DNA from: the human T2T-CHM13v2.0 reference genome, Homo sapiens
Reading direction: 5' to 3' (one strand)
NCBI RefSeq assembly: GCF_009914755.1
Contig: NC_060927.1
DNA length: 64,000 nt
In this document: piece by piece, positions 16,130 to 30,200 of the stretch
Layout: each line of letters starts with the position of its first letter
How positions within the stretch are numbered: the stretch's first letter is position 1
The notes under the pieces: generated by a model
The model's database searches: none
The model's input: only the letters and a program-made list of their open reading frames with translations
What the model was told of the DNA's origin: nothing
Program-made: the position numbers and the translations under genes

Positions 16130-19100
16130 CTTTGCCTACTTTTTAATGGGATTATTTGTTTTTTCTCAATGAGTTGAGTTCTTTGTATATTCTGTATATC
16201 AGTCCCTTGTAGATTAATAGTTTACAAATATTTTCTTCCATTCAGCAGGTTTTCTCTTCACTCTGTTCATTGTTTCCTTTGCTGTGCAGAAACTTATGTC
16301 TCTTTCTGTTTTTGTTTTCTGTGCTTTTGAGGTCTTGACCATAAAATCTTTGCCTATAGCAATGTCCTGAAGTGTTTTTCCTGTTTTCTTCTAGTAGTAT
16401 TGTAGTTTCTGATCTTATGTTTAAGTCTTTACTCTATCTTGAGTTGATTTTTGTATATTGTGAGAGATCAGAGTTCAGTTTTTTCTTCTGCAAATTAATA
16501 TCCATTTTTCCCACACCATTTATTGATGAAGGTGTCTTTCATCAATGTCTATTTTTGGTGCCTTTCTCAAAAATCAGTTGGCTGTAAATTCGTGAATTTA
16601 TTTCTGGTGCTCTATTTTGTTTCATTGACCTATGTGTCTGTTTTTATACCAATACCATGTTGTTTCAGTTACTATAGCCTTATAGTATATTTTGAAGTCA
16701 GCTAGTGTGATTCCTCCAGCTATTTTTTTTTTTTTTTTTTTTTACTTAGTGTTGCTTTGGTTATTCTCGCTCTTTTTTGGTTTTATACAAATTTTAGAAT
16801 TTGTTTTTACTTCTGTGAAAAGTGACATTGATATTTTAATAGGTATTGTATTCAATCTTAGGTTGCTCTGGGTAATATGGTCACTTTAATGATTCTAATT
16901 CTTCAAATCTATGAGTATAGGCTGTGTTTTATACTTCTTGAGTCCTCTTCAATTTCTTTCATGAGAATTTTGCAGTTTTTCTTGGAGAGATCTTTCACTT
17001 CCTTGTTTAAATTTGTTTGTAGATGTAAATATTTTTTGTAGCTACTTTAAATGGGATTGTTTTCTTGATTTCTTTCTCAGCTAGTTCATTATTGGTGTAC
17101 TTATTTTGGTACATTGATTTTTGTATCTTGCAACTATATTGAATTTGTCAGATGTAAGAGTTTTTTAGTGGAATCTTTAGGTTTTCCTACTATAAGATCA
17201 TATCATCAGCAAAGAGTGACAATTTGACTTGCTCTTTTCCAATCTGGATGTTTTTTATTTTTCTCTTGCTTGATTGCTCTGACTAGGACTTCCAGTAGCA
17301 TGTCGAATAGAAGTGGTGAAAGTGAGTATTCTTGTCTTGTTCCAGTTCTTAGAGGACAGGCTTTCAGCTTTTCCCCATTCAGTAGGATGTCAGCTATAGA
17401 TTTGCCATATATTGTATTTATTATGCTGAGGTATGTTCCTTCTATGCCTAGTTTGTTGAGAGTTTTAATTATGAGGGAGCGTCCAATTTTAACAAATGCT
17501 TTTCTGTATCTATTGAGATCATCATATGGTGTTTCTTCTTCATTCTACTGATGCAGTGTATTACATTTGTTGATTTGCATTTGTTGAATCATCTTTTCAT
17601 CACTGGGATAGAGTCCACTTGATCATGGTGTATTACTTTCTTGATGTGGTCTTGGAATTGGTTTGCTAGTATTTTGTTGAGAATTTTTGCATCTGTGTCC
17701 ATCAAGAATATTGGCCTGTAGTTTTCTTTTGTTGTGTCCTTGTCTGGTTTTGCTATTAGGGTAATGCTGGCTTGAGAGAATGAGTTAGGGAGACTTTCTT
17801 CCTTTTATTTATTATTATTATTATTTTTGGAATAGTTTGAAGGAAATTGATGTTAGTTCTTCTTTGAAAGTTTGGTATAATTCAGCAGCGAAGCCATCTG
17901 GGTCTGAACTTTTCTTTGTTGGGACTTTTTATTTCTGATTCAATACCATTATTAGTTATTTGTCTGTTCAGATTTTCTATATTTTTGTGATTCAGTTTTG
18001 GTAGGTTGTATGTCTCCAGGAATTTATCAATTTCCTGTAGATTTTCCAGTGTGTTAGTATATATTGGCTCACAATAGTCTCTGATGATCTCTTGCATTTC
18101 TGTGGTATCAGTTGTAATGTCGCCTTTTCCTTTCTGATTTTGTTTATTGGGGTTTTATTTTTTTTTCTTGGTTAGTCTAGCAGCAAGTGGTTTATCTATC
18201 TACAATTTTGTCTATCTTTCAAAAAAACCAACTTTTTGTTTCATTGAATTTTTGAGTTTTTTTTAAGTCTCTATTTCATTTATTTCTGCTCTGATATTTA
18301 TTATTATTTCTTCCTCCTTCTACTAATTTTGTGTTTTATTTATTCTTACTTTTCTAGTCCCTAAGGTGCATCACTATGTATTTTGAATCTTTTTAATTTT
18401 TTGATTTAGGCATTTCTTGCTGTAAACGTCCCTCTTAACACTGCTTTTGCTGTATCCCATACATTTTGTTAGGTTATGTTTTTACTTATTGATTTGTTTC
18501 AAGAAATTTTTTGATTTCCTCCTTAATTCTTCCTTGACCCAATGATCATTCAGGAGCATATTGTTTAATTTTTCTGTATTTGTTCAGTTTCTAAAGTTCC
18601 TCTCATTATTGGTTGCTACTTTTATTTCATTGTTGTCTGAGAAGATACTTCATATTATTTTGATTTTTTAAAATTCGTTGAGACTTGTTTTGTTTTCTAA
18701 TATACGATCTATCCTGGAGAGTGTTCCATTTGCTGATAAGAATGTGTATTCTATAGTTGTTTGATAAAATGTTCTGTAAATGTTTGTTAAGTCTATTTGG
18801 TCTAATATGCAGCTTAAAACCAATATTTTTAAGTTAATTTTTCTATCTAGGTGATCTGTCTAATGCTGAGAGTAGGGTGTTGAAGTCCCCAGTATTATTG
18901 TATTGGGGTCTATCTCTCTCTTTAGAGCTAATAATATTTGCTTCATATATTTGGGTGCTCCAGTGTTGGGTGTATATATGTTTAGAATTCTTATAACCTC
19001 TTGCTGAATTGATCCATTTATCATTATAAGATGAACTTCCTTGTCTCTTTTTTAAAAGTCTATTTTATCTGATATAAATATAGCTACTCCTGTTCACTTT

Positions 19101-19515
19101 TGGTTTTGATTTCCATTAACCATATTTTTCCATCCCTTTACTTTCAGCCAATAGGTGTCTTTATAGGTGAGGTGAATTTCTTGCAGAAAACATATAGTTG
19201 GATGATTTTTTAAAAAATTCAGCCTGTCTATATCTTTTCAGTAGAAAGTTTAATCAGTTTATTTTTAAGGTTATTATTGATATGCAAGGGCTTTTTCCTA
19301 TCATTTTATCAATGGTTCCCATTTGTCTTCTATATTGTTTCTTTCTTTCTCTCTTATTATTTATTATTGTGGTTTGGTGATTTTCTGTAGTGGTAACATT
19401 GAGTCTTTTTTCTTTCTTTTTTGTGTGTTTGCTCTCCCAGTGCTTTTTATATTTTTGTGTTTTCATGATGGTTGATATCATTCTTTTGCTTTTGGGTATA
19501 AGACTTCCGTAAGCA

Positions 19516-19812
19516 TTTTTGTTTTTTTTTGAGATGTTGTCTAACTTTGTCACCCAAGCTTGAGTGCAGTGGTGCAGTCATGGTTCACCACAACCTATGC
19601 CTCCAGGTTTCAAGGGATCCTCCTGTCTCAGCCTCCAGAGTAGCTGGGACTACAGGCATGCAACACCATGACCGGCTAATTTTTGTGTTTTTAGTAGAGA
19701 TGGGATTTCACCATGTTGGCCAGGCTGGTCTTGAACTCCTAACATCAAGTGATCCTCCATTCCTGGCCTTCCAACGTGCTGGGATAACAGGCGTGAGCCA
19801 CTGAACCCAGCC
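19516..19812 (-). mobile_element. Alu (Jb/Sz-like) inside L1MA
   Basis: Full reverse dimer; near-identical flanks ttccgtaagcattt / tcccttaagcattt (TSD). Confidence 0.9.
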
Positions 19813-22800
19813 TCCCTTAAGCATTTCTTGTAGTCTAATCTAGTGGGTTATTCACTCAGTTTTACTTGTCTGGGAAGAACTTTATTTCTCCTTCCTTTAT
19901 GAAGGGTAATTTTGCTGGGTATAGTATCCTTGCACAGCAGATTTTTTCTTTTAGCATTTTGAATATATCAATATATCACCTCATTTTCTCCAAGACTATA
20001 AAGATTCTGCTGAGAAATTTACTGTTAGTCTGATGGGAATTCCTTTATAAATAACTGGATACTTTTCTCTTTCTGATTTTAGAATTCATTCTTCGTCTTT
20101 GACTTCTAATAGTCTGACTATAGTATGTCACGCAGCAGGCCTTTTTGAATTCCATCTATTTGAAGATTTTTTGGCCTCCTTTATTTGGATGTCTAAATCT
20201 CTTGCTGGAGTTGGGATGTTTTCATTTATTTTTTGTTAGGTAGGTTTTTAACACTTTTATTTTCTTTTTGCTTTCTGGGAGACTGAAAATTTGAATATTT
20301 TGTCATTTTATGGTGTTCATATGTCATGTAGGCTTTGCTCATTCTTTTTTATTCTTTTTTTCCTTTATTTTTGTCTAACTGGGTTATTTCAAAGACTTGT
20401 CTTCAAGTTTTGACATTCCTTTTTCTGCTTGATCTAGTCTAGTGTTGATGGTTTTGAATGTATTTTGCATTTCAATCAATGAATTATTCAATCCATAATT
20501 TCTTTTGGTTCTTTTTTGATGATACCCATGTATTTGATAAATTTCTTATTTATATCTTGAATTGTTTTTCTGATTTCTTTGTGTTGTTTTCCAGTATTTT
20601 CTTGTGTCTCACTGAATTTTTAAAAATCAGTATTTTGAATTCTTTTTCTGGGATTTTGTAAATTTGTTTTTGATTGGGATCTGTTGCTGGAGGATTATTG
20701 TGTTCCTTTGATGGTATTATATTTTCTTGCTTTTTATTATTTCCCATGTTCTTCCGTTGATAATCTGTGCATCTGGTGTAACAATTGTTTCTGTAAATTT
20801 TTTGAATTTGATTTCATAAGGGAAGACTTTTTTCCTGAAGGTATATCTATGATGTTGGTTGGATAAGGCACTTTGGCTTTGATTTTGGGTCTGTGCAGTA
20901 GGGTTGGCTCTATATGCTTTCTTTGGTTGTAAACTCCATCAGTGCTGCCTATGATTCCCTAGGTGGCTTAGGTGCAGTTGTTTGTGGAGGCTATGGTGAG
21001 GTTTTGCTGGGGCCTGAGACACCAGGTAGGCCAGTCTTCAGTTCCCAGTGGTGGCAGCAGGGGGCTGAGCATGCCTGTCCTTGGGCCCCAGAGTGGCATA
21101 TGTTGGTTATCAGCATTAGTGGGTCTAGACATGCTGATTCTTGGGCCTCTAGGTGGCTTGCTTAGGCCCCAGAAATGGCAGTGGTGGGGCACGTGGGTGG
21201 GCTGACTCTTTAGCTCCTGGCCAACAGGTGTGGCATGGGCAATGACATTAGCAGTGGTGAGACAACCTTCTGGGACCCAAGCAGTCTGCACTGGTTTTGG
21301 CTGTGGCTGTGACAGGCTGGGTGGGCCAGTCAGTCCCCAGGTGGCACATATAGGTGGATACCAACTATGATGGCACTAGCAAGTTGAATGGGTCTGACCT
21401 CAGATCCCCAGAAGAGTGCTCAGGTGCCAATGATAGTGAATTGGTTGCATGACTCCAAACCCCTAGATAGCATGCTCTGGTACTGGAGACAATGGAGCCA
21501 GGCTAGGTGGTCCTGCCCTGAAGCCCTCCTGTGATATATGTAGGTAAAGGGGTTGTAAGCATGGGGAAGAGTAATCCCCAGACTGCTTGTGGAATGCTCC
21601 AGTGCCCTGCTTCTAGAGAGGGTAGGGTTTCTTTCAGCAGGAGCAGTTGTAGGTAGGCAACTTGGGCAGCATGTACTTTGCTCATATCTCAGCCCCATAG
21701 CAGCCTACAGTGGTGGCTGTTGTGGGTAGTTGAATTTGTCCCCAGGGCATGTGGAAAGTCACAGCTGCTTCTCTGCTAGTGGGGCAGAGTCACTGCTAGT
21801 GGGTCCCAACTCTGCCCGGGTAGCAGCTGCTGTGGGCAGGCAATGTTGATGGGGCTCCAGGGATATAGATATGGAGAGGGTTTGGGGCTCCAAGGTAATA
21901 TAGTCTGGTGGAGGTTGGAGTCTCAAATGGTGCCCTGGTGCAGCTATTTAGGATTCGTGGGTTTGTGGGACTCAGCATGAGCTCCCTCTCTGGAGCAATG
22001 TCATTACATGGAGTCCAGGCAGCTCCCTGTTAGTTTTGGGGCCTGTGAGGGTTGAGGGGCTCTCTCATGGCTCAAATTGTAGTGGAAATGTGGACTGCTG
22101 GAGGTCTCTTTCTCACTTACCCTTCCTAACATTAGGAAGTCTCTCCAGGCTCTCCAACAATGCTGGTTGAGCAGGCTGCCTTGCTCGCCTCTCCTTTCCT
22201 GCTTTGGGTGCTTCCTGTCACTTCGGTGTTGAATTCCAGTGTTCTCTCTTAGATGATCTATTCATAGTGTGCTTATCTACTCACTATTTTGTTTCCCTTC
22301 CATGGAAGAGGTGAGTGTCAGATGCATCTAGTCAGCCATCTTGAAGGTCCTCATGAATTCTGAAGAAATTGAAATAATGATTTGGTAATATCTGTAAAAG
22401 AAAGAATTGTTGAATTCTGACATAATTATGCAAGTAAATGTAGACTTCCTTCTCAGAAGATTTTGAAGAGAATGGCAGACCAGTGTCTAGAATTGTATAC
22501 ATGTACCCTTGCTTAAGGATGACTTAAAGAGGCAATCATTCTCTAGATTTTTTAAATCCAAAATTAAATAATAGTTTTATAAAATAATTTTGTAGCTAAT
22601 TTTATTATGTTTTTACTGAAATTCTGAATTGAAGTCTTTCTGGACTTTCCCTACATGAATAAATAAGTTTTAAAATTGTATAAAACTGCACTATAAAAAC
22701 TTAATATACCCTATATATACTAGGGAATTGTTGCAAATGCTTATCTAGACTTTTAGTATGATAGAGTTTTCATATAACTCTATCAATTATACATTTGAAA

Positions 22801-22889
22801 GAAGTTTTATATTTTTAAAACAATGTTTCTCACATGATTTTGTTTGAGTTACATAGTAATGCTAGGATTTTCCCCAGGAAGACGGTGAC

Positions 22890-23365
22890 TGTATCAGTTA
22901 TCTATCACTGTACTATTGTTGGATAACAAGTAGTCACAACAGTTTCATAGCAAATAACAATAGCCATTTCTGGCTCATGCATCTAGGGCCAGCAACTAGG
23001 CAGCTGTGCTGATTTTCACGGGGCTCCTCTTGCTCAACCCAGCTGGGTGTTGGTTGGCTGTGGCTGAGACTAGGATGAGACAAATTGGGTGACTGGGCTC
23101 TGCACCACATATTTGTCAACCTGTGGCAGGTCAGCCTGGGCATGTTCTCAGAGTGATGACAGGGTTGCTAGAGAGCACGCAGAAGCATGCTAGGTCTGTA
23201 GCCGCCTGGACTCAGAGTTGGCACATCATGGCTTCTGTGTCATTCCGTTGGCAAAATCAGGTTGCATAGCTCTACTCAGAGGCATCTTGGAAAGGTATCA
23301 CCAGGACAAATGGCTTGGATTCAGGAAGGAGTAAAGAATTTGGGTCAATTTTGCAGTCTATCACA
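22890..23365 (-). mobile_element. MLT1G/H-like MaLR solo LTR
   Basis: tgtatcagttatctat...tctatcaca termini; 5-bp TSD gtgac/gtgat. Confidence 0.8.
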
Positions 23366-24147
23366 GTGATCATAACTCCCTGGCTTCTCTTGTAGAGATG
23401 AGGCTCAAATAGGATAAGGAACTTTCTGTTAGAATAAAGTTTAAAAGAATCCCACACTTTAAAATTCTACTTCAAAAATTTTTCCTCTTTTTCTAGTTGT
23501 ACTTTGAAGGATCCAGGCATCCAATGGACAAATAAGCCTGGTGTTCATTTTAATTTTAAATAACAAATATTGCCTTAGTAATTTGCCCATGTGAAAAGTA
23601 TTTTCACATGCACTGAAATCACCTGAGATCATTCCTGTAACTTTCTGAGCTAATATTATTGTTGATATTATTTTATAAATGAGGAAATTGAGGATGATAA
23701 ATGATGTGTGAGAGTTCTTGTTTAAGTCATTTTGATCCTCCGTATTTCACAAAAAGTAAAATAAGTAAATTTATCTGCAAAGTGTTAGAAAATGAATGAA
23801 AGTATATGAAGGAGTTTTAACAATTCAGCCTTGGTGAACCTAGAAGACACAGTGTTGCATAGAAAATAACCTCAGTTGCAACATTTAGGCTAAATTCCTA
23901 GTTTAATCCACTCTTTTCTGACTATTTGAAATGAACTCTGGGAAATATTTTATTTTTTGCCAATTGCATTTATTATTATTTTTTGATGGCTCATAATGTG
24001 CCCCTTTCTTCAGAGTAAAAATTCTATTATGGTGATTGAACGCTTGCTTATCCAGACTGAGATGATATGAGAACACAAAAGATGAAATCTGCTGCCAATC
24101 TGAGATTTAAAAAAGGAAATTTTGAGGTGTAGAAGGTCCTGTACTTG

Positions 24148-24685
24148 TGTAGGGGCCAAAGAAAAAGTTCCCCTTTGCCCTCTGAAGTTCTTTAAAAATC
24201 AACTGACAAAAGGAAGATTCATAAGAAAATAAGCATATGAAATTTATTAATGTGCATGTTTGTGCATGGGAGCCATACAAAATATAAAAACTCAAAAAAA
24301 GGCCCAGATGGTTGATGATTTTATACCATTTTGAGGAATGGGGGCTTGGAGTGTGTCAAGAAAGGTTGTGAGAGGGAGAGAGGAGGAGAGACATGGCTAG
24401 CAAAGGCGGTCTTGTTATGTAGATGAAACCTCACAGATAACTGCTCTGAGAAAGAATAGATGGTAGCCTGTGGTCAGTTAATCTTTCCTAGATTTGGACA
24501 AGTGAGAGGCTTCAGAGAAAGCCTGGCTGTTTATTTTGCTAATGTAGACTTTTCTCTACATATGCAAATCTCCTCCACAAAAGGCAGCTTTGCAGGGTGA
24601 TTCCTGTCTGCAGTCCCTCTGAATAGCTGTCTCAAAATATGTAAAACAATAATATTTTGTGGTGAAATACTTTTGATTTTCTTTA
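24148..24685 (-). mobile_element. ERV1 LTR of the MER34/MER39/LTR48 group
   Basis: 'tgtaggggccaaagaaaaagttcccctttgccctctgaag...aatcaactgacaaaagg' and end 'atattttgtggtgaaatacttttgattttcttta'. Confidence 0.7.
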
Positions 24686-25700
24686 CTGGTGAGGGCCATA
24701 TTCATCTGAATGGAGTTTTTTTTTTTTTTTTCTTAATCTCTTGTATCATTGGACACACAATTTAACATTTCTGACAGTGCCTATGGGTATGACAGTAAAG
24801 TAAAACTAGATAAAAATTTGAAGCAAATATGCCTAATAGACTGATTATTTTTCTCTTCTAGGTCTTGAGTTTAGGCATAATAACTTCTATAAATTTCAAT
24901 GAATGGCATCAAAGAGTTAATGAGGTCATTTCCATAATTATTCATCTTCCTAAAGTGAAAAGAAGCAGGAAGCCACTTCAATTGTCAAAATTAACTGTGA
25001 TATCAATCAAAAGCTCATAGATTTTGAGATAATTCTGTATTTAAAGTCAATTTAGTTTCCACAGGGGGACTCTAACCTGCCTAGGAGGCTTAATTAGGCT
25101 AACTGCCTGAAAAACAGCATAAAACAGATGGGTGGGTTCTCATTCAAAACCAGTTTTATGAGCATTCTCATAGCTCTTACAGAAAATGAATGAACTTTCT
25201 GATATCTTCAACTAAGCCTGTGTTTAGTAATTCCATAAGGGGAATGGAAGCGAGTTGGAAGGAATTGATCTTTTTAAAGTGGTCTTTATATTATGTTTTG
25301 CTGTTTTTATATCATGATTCCAGATACATCATGAACTCTGAGAGCCCAGGAGAGACAGAATATATTCAGGAGGTGTTTTTAAAGCTTCAGATCAAAACAG
25401 AGACTTTTAATATCCCAAGGGAATGCCACTTTGTCCTTGTACCTCCTGAAAAATTCAATAAATCAAATATTTATTAAGCATATTTTATATAAAGTTCTAG
25501 AGAATGCAGAGATAAATAAGATACAATTTTTATCCTCAGGAATCTTAATGTGAGTGATAGATACATACACAGTCAATTATAATAAATATTAGACTGTAGT
25601 GAACACTAAAGATATAAATAAACATAAATAAGAGCATAAAGTAAGGAGTGACTAATTCTGTCTGATGTGATCAGTGAGGGTTTCCCTGAACAGTCTCCTT

Positions 25701-26132
25701 TGTAGCAGTTGTGTTTTGTGGACACACTGCAGAAACAGGACAGACCAACCCAAAACATGGGTCGGAGGTCAAGACTAATGATGCCACACGCATACAGAGG
25801 GTATAAAACGGTTTATCACTTACATATCGAGGCTTTTTGGGAGAGCAGAGCAGGCTTTCTGAGCTATTCAGAATATGGCTTGTGACAGCAAGGACAAGAG
25901 ACTAGCTTGGGGTTTTATGGTGGGGAGGGGATAGGGCCAGACTGAGGGTCCCTGAGCTTGTGCATGGTCAGGAACTTACTCGGTTTGGATTTCCTGCCAG
26001 CACCAAGGAGGGAGCACCCAGGCGTACTCATGAGCTTGCCCAGATGAGGGTCACAAGGGGAAGAGAGAGGGATGTGGCTTAAAAGCAGTTAGCAGTCAAA
26101 CATCAAAATGTGAAGTCAGACTCTTCATTACA
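25701..26132 (-). mobile_element. ERVL-class LTR (MER54/MER73/MER74-like)
   Basis: TG...CA ends; reverse start 'tgtaatgaagagtctgacttcacattttgatgtttgactgct'. The exact family is uncertain. Confidence 0.6.
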
Positions 26133-26869
26133 TACAGGTTTCACTGGATTCTTTCTATCTGTATGAGCACTAAAAAAATCACCTCATCCTTTTTCTTTTT
26201 TTTTTTTTAACTTAAAAAGAAATGTTTAGAGAGCTGATACTGGTTATAAAACTGTTAGCTTCATCAGCTGTTGGTATTACCAGCTTGTGTTTTTCTTGAG
26301 AATCCAGGCCAACTAAACTCACTTTGCCTTAATTCTGTCTTGCATGCCTGCATCTCCACCACTCTCTGCCCCCATCCTCCACATTACCCCTTGTTATCAC
26401 CGTTTATTCCCTAGGCATCTCTAGTCCATCAAGGAATCTTACTCACTGTCTGCTTCTTCATAGCACTTCTTGCCATTACACCAGAAAAATTTTACTATCA
26501 CAACCATGACACATCTGACACCATAGCATAAAAACTTTCTGGCTGCCTGAGCTCCAAAAAACTTCTTCACCATGTCTCAGGAATCCACTTTCCAGTACTC
26601 ACTTTGGAAGCCAATGCATGGAGTTTGGCATGCATTCTGAGATCTTAAGCCCTAGTACTTTAAACTCTAGCATAACCCCTTGTCACACAAATTGTCTTGA
26701 GTCTCTCCATTTTGGGAAGTCTGCTGTTTGGCCTCTTTACTTGTTCCTTTTCTCTCCATCAGACATTCCCCTATGGTTCCACTCTCTTCTACTCTAGCTT
26801 ACACTCTCTGCTCATCCTTTTCCTCAATTAATTTTTTGCCTAAGTAACATTAGACTACCTATTGAGAAC

Positions 26870-28530
26870 CAACCGTTGTTTAGACACTAGAAATATTGTA
26901 TAGGAAATAAATTTAGCTTTCATTTTGGAGTAAATATTTTAGGGGAGGACAGACAAAAAGCAAATAAATAAGCAGATTTTTATAAGCACATGTCAGGATG
27001 TGGTAAGAGCTACGGAAAAATATCAAGCAAGTTAAGAGTGCTGCAGAGTATAGGAACAAGGGAATTGTTACTTTATATACTAGAAAAGTCATGGAAGGCC
27101 TCACTGACAAGATGATATTTGTGCAGAGACTTGAAGAAAGATAGAGAAGGAGCCATGCAGATCTAGAGAAGTTCTTTCTAGGAGCAGAAAAGAGAATGTA
27201 CAAAATCTCAGAGGCTGAAATGTGCTTGGCATGTTTGAGAATAGCAAAGAAACCAGTGTGTCTGAAGCAGAGTGAACAACAGAGAGTATAAAACAAGAGG
27301 TATAATCGGGAGGATCTGGGGACAAGATAATGTAGGACCTTGTAGACAGTTTTAAGGTTTGAGTGGAGGAATGTCTGGATCCAGCTTAATCTTACGCCTG
27401 TTGGTATCATCTTCATCCTCAGTATTCTTGCCCTATTTTCTTTGACTTGTCTTTTATTTTCCTTAATGAGTCTTCCTCTAAACATATAAACATGTTCAAG
27501 CATTGTTCCCATATTAAATAAACAAACCACAAAATTGACTTAGTTACTTCCTGATCTTTCTCCTCCTGTTGATAACTAAACGTCTCAAAATAGTAACAGT
27601 AATTTACAATCTCATTCACACTTATATACCTCTTATTCATTCTTCAATCCATATAATCATATTCTACAAACTGAACCTACTGTTATCAAGGTTGTTGCTA
27701 AATTTAAAGGACATATTCTAGTACCAATTTTAATTTATTCTCTCTTTCTCTGGGAATGAATCATTGACCACTCTCTTTTTAACATTCTTCTCTATTGGTT
27801 TTCAAGGCATTACATGCTCCCTAGGGTTCCCTTTTTGGAACTTTTCTGTCCTACACATTCTCTTCTCACAATGCCATTCACTTTCATTGCTCCAATTGTC
27901 ATCTATATGCTGATAACTCTTTAATATATATTTCTAGGCCAAGCTTCTTTTTAAAAATTTAGTTCCAGCCCGTATATCAGAGTTCTTACTACCTCCACTT
28001 GAATGTCTCAAAGTTACTTGAAACTCATTGTGTCCATAATTTATCTTCTTGTCCCCCAGAAGGTACTCCTCTTTTTTCCCATGTGGTTCCCAAGTTAGTG
28101 ATGAAGCCAAGAGTCAATCAAAGTTTTCAAACTAAACTTTGTTTCAGCCCCTTGCTCTGTTGGGCACTAAGTTCTGATGATTCTACATATACTGATCCAG
28201 TCACTTCCCTGATTAAGCTCCCCTAGTTAAATTCTATTTGTCCTTGTAAAGTCCTACCAGTTGTCATCCCATCAGGGAAATTATTCCTTAGCCCCTGGAT
28301 CCCTGTCCTAGGCTAGATTAAACAGCCTTCTTACCTGCTTCCATCACTCCATTTCCACAGCTCTTTAAAGTACTTTATAAGTTTCTCGGTAATCATCTTG
28401 ACACATGTATGTCTCTGAAGATTGTAAGCAGCTTGAGGGCAAAGATTACGTCTTTCTCATTTTCATGTCTGTAGTGTTTCTTACAGTGACTGACATACTG
28501 TAGATTCTGAATAGATATTTGTTACACGAA
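26870..28530. mobile_element. L2 fragments (minus ~26870-27370, plus ~27400-28530)
   Basis: Typical L2 text 'ggaaggcctcactgacaagatgatatttgtgcagagacttgaa' and 3' end 'gattgtaagcagcttgagggcaaagattacgtc'. Confidence 0.75.
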
Positions 28531-28589
28531 TAGGGCTGGTGGTTGACGTTAGATAAACCATGAGTAGGATTTCATAAGGTAGAGAACAA

Positions 28590-30200
28590 TGTATTAATCA
28601 GAATTCTAATGGTATCAAGTTACAGACACTCAATTTTTATTAACATGCTAAGAGGATACTGGGTAACTCACAGAATGGAGGTGGCTATATCCACACTTCA
28701 GTAAGGCAATAACCAGGGCAGCTGTGGGACCTGAGGACTGGAAACAGGGGCTTGAATACAATAAGGCTGTTTTTATTATCTACCATTTTTCCCAGTGTGT
28801 TGGCTTTATCCTCTCAGCCAGGCTTTCCCCGGGTGGCTAAAACCATGAATGCCTGGAGTTTCTGGATAAACATATGTCAATTACTGGACCGATGAATGAA
28901 ACCAGTGTGACAAAACATGATACTTAGCTCAGCTTGGCGCTTAGTTCCACTCCTAGACTAAGAGTGGGACTTGTGAATTTGGATTTGATTGGAAGAAGGC
29001 AGGCAGTTCCCAATTAGATTATATGATTGAAGTGGAAAAAAGGGAGAGCTGTTCCTCAAAATAGGGAGACTGATGGTATCAGATGAAGAAAAGAGTCTAG
29101 GCAGACATAATATATACCTACTAAAGCTAGTAATATTAACTAATGTTCCTTAGTATTTATTTATTTATTTTAAACAGGCCCTGTGCTAAGCACTTTACGT
29201 GAATTTTCTCACTGAATTCCTCACAACAACTCTATTAGGTGGGTGTTTCAGTTGAATTCTGTCACCTACAATAACATAATGCCCAACTAAAAGTGGCTTA
29301 TTTAGGGTTTTATTTTGTTCACATAACCACAAATACAGAGCAAGAGAGGTGATTCCAGTATTGGTTCAACTGCTCAAAGGTGTCCGGGCTCTTAGTTGGC
29401 TTCTATGTAGTTTTGTTAGATTTCCACTCATGATCACAGTAGTTGCTGTAGCTTTGAGCTCACATATTCACATGTCACGTTAAAATGTAAGAAAGGAATG
29501 GAGGCTTCTCTTTGTGCATCTCTTTTAGGAAGGAGAAAATCTTAACAAGAAATATCCCATAACCCTTTCCTCAGGAGTGACAGATTAGGACGACTTATGT
29601 ACTTTATCAAGCAAGTGAAGATGAGAAAGCAAGTCTGACGTTTTTGGCTTCATAGTGGGATTGCCTCTTTTCTTGCAAAGTAGGCAATGGTAGAATGGTG
29701 TTGGAAGGCAATAAATGTTTTTGCCACAGTGTATGATATTTGGTTGGAATGTTTTAGTGAAAGAAACAACATTTGACTAGCAATAATTTAAGCCACAAGG
29801 ATAGTTCTTGTTAGTATAACAGGAAGTCTGGAGTTAGGCAGTCTCCATATTGTTTCAGTGACTGGCTCAGTAACATTACCGAGGACACGATTCTCTGTTT
29901 CTGCCCCACTGTCTGCAGTGTTGGCGATATTGCTCCTTCTGATCACATAGCTGCTGATAATCCAGAAATTATCTCTGCACATAACAGTTTTACATTCAGC
30001 AAGGAAATAGAGTGGAAAAAGTCTTTGTTCTTCAGCCTCTCTGTCTTGCAAGGAAGGAAAATATTTCTCAAAATTTCCAGCGTGGCTGCCATATATTTCA
30101 TTGGCTACCTTGCATTTCATTTCAGATTTGGGTGACATGCCCTCCCACAGACCTATTCTTGACAAGTGGGAATTGCCTGATGTGACTGGTGTGGATTAAA
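28590..30200 (-). mobile_element. Three ancient MLT1 (I/J/K/L-type) LTRs with a MIR fragment
   Basis: LTR-like segments ~28590-29123, ~29243-29728 (ends 'ttgccaca') and ~29745-30200; MIR at 29130-29243. Confidence 0.55.

Larger units (their letters stand above)
14800..22343 (-). mobile_element. Near full-length old L1 (L1MA-type), extreme 3' end missing
   Basis: L1MA 3'UTR at ~14800, degenerate ORF2/ORF1 on minus (e.g. ORFs 17882-18097, 20550-20747), GC-richer 5'UTR 20900-22343 ending 'gtcagccatcttg' (= caagatggctgac). Interrupted by three Alus and a mini-L1. Confidence 0.9.

Noticed and set aside
20900-22340. GC-richer segment as a possible gene promoter or CpG island
   Set aside because: CpG-depleted 5'UTR of the L1MA element.
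26913-27530. Longest ORF (205 aa, minus strand)
   Set aside because: Lies in L2 relic sequence, has no recognisable domain and no exon context; a chance ORF.
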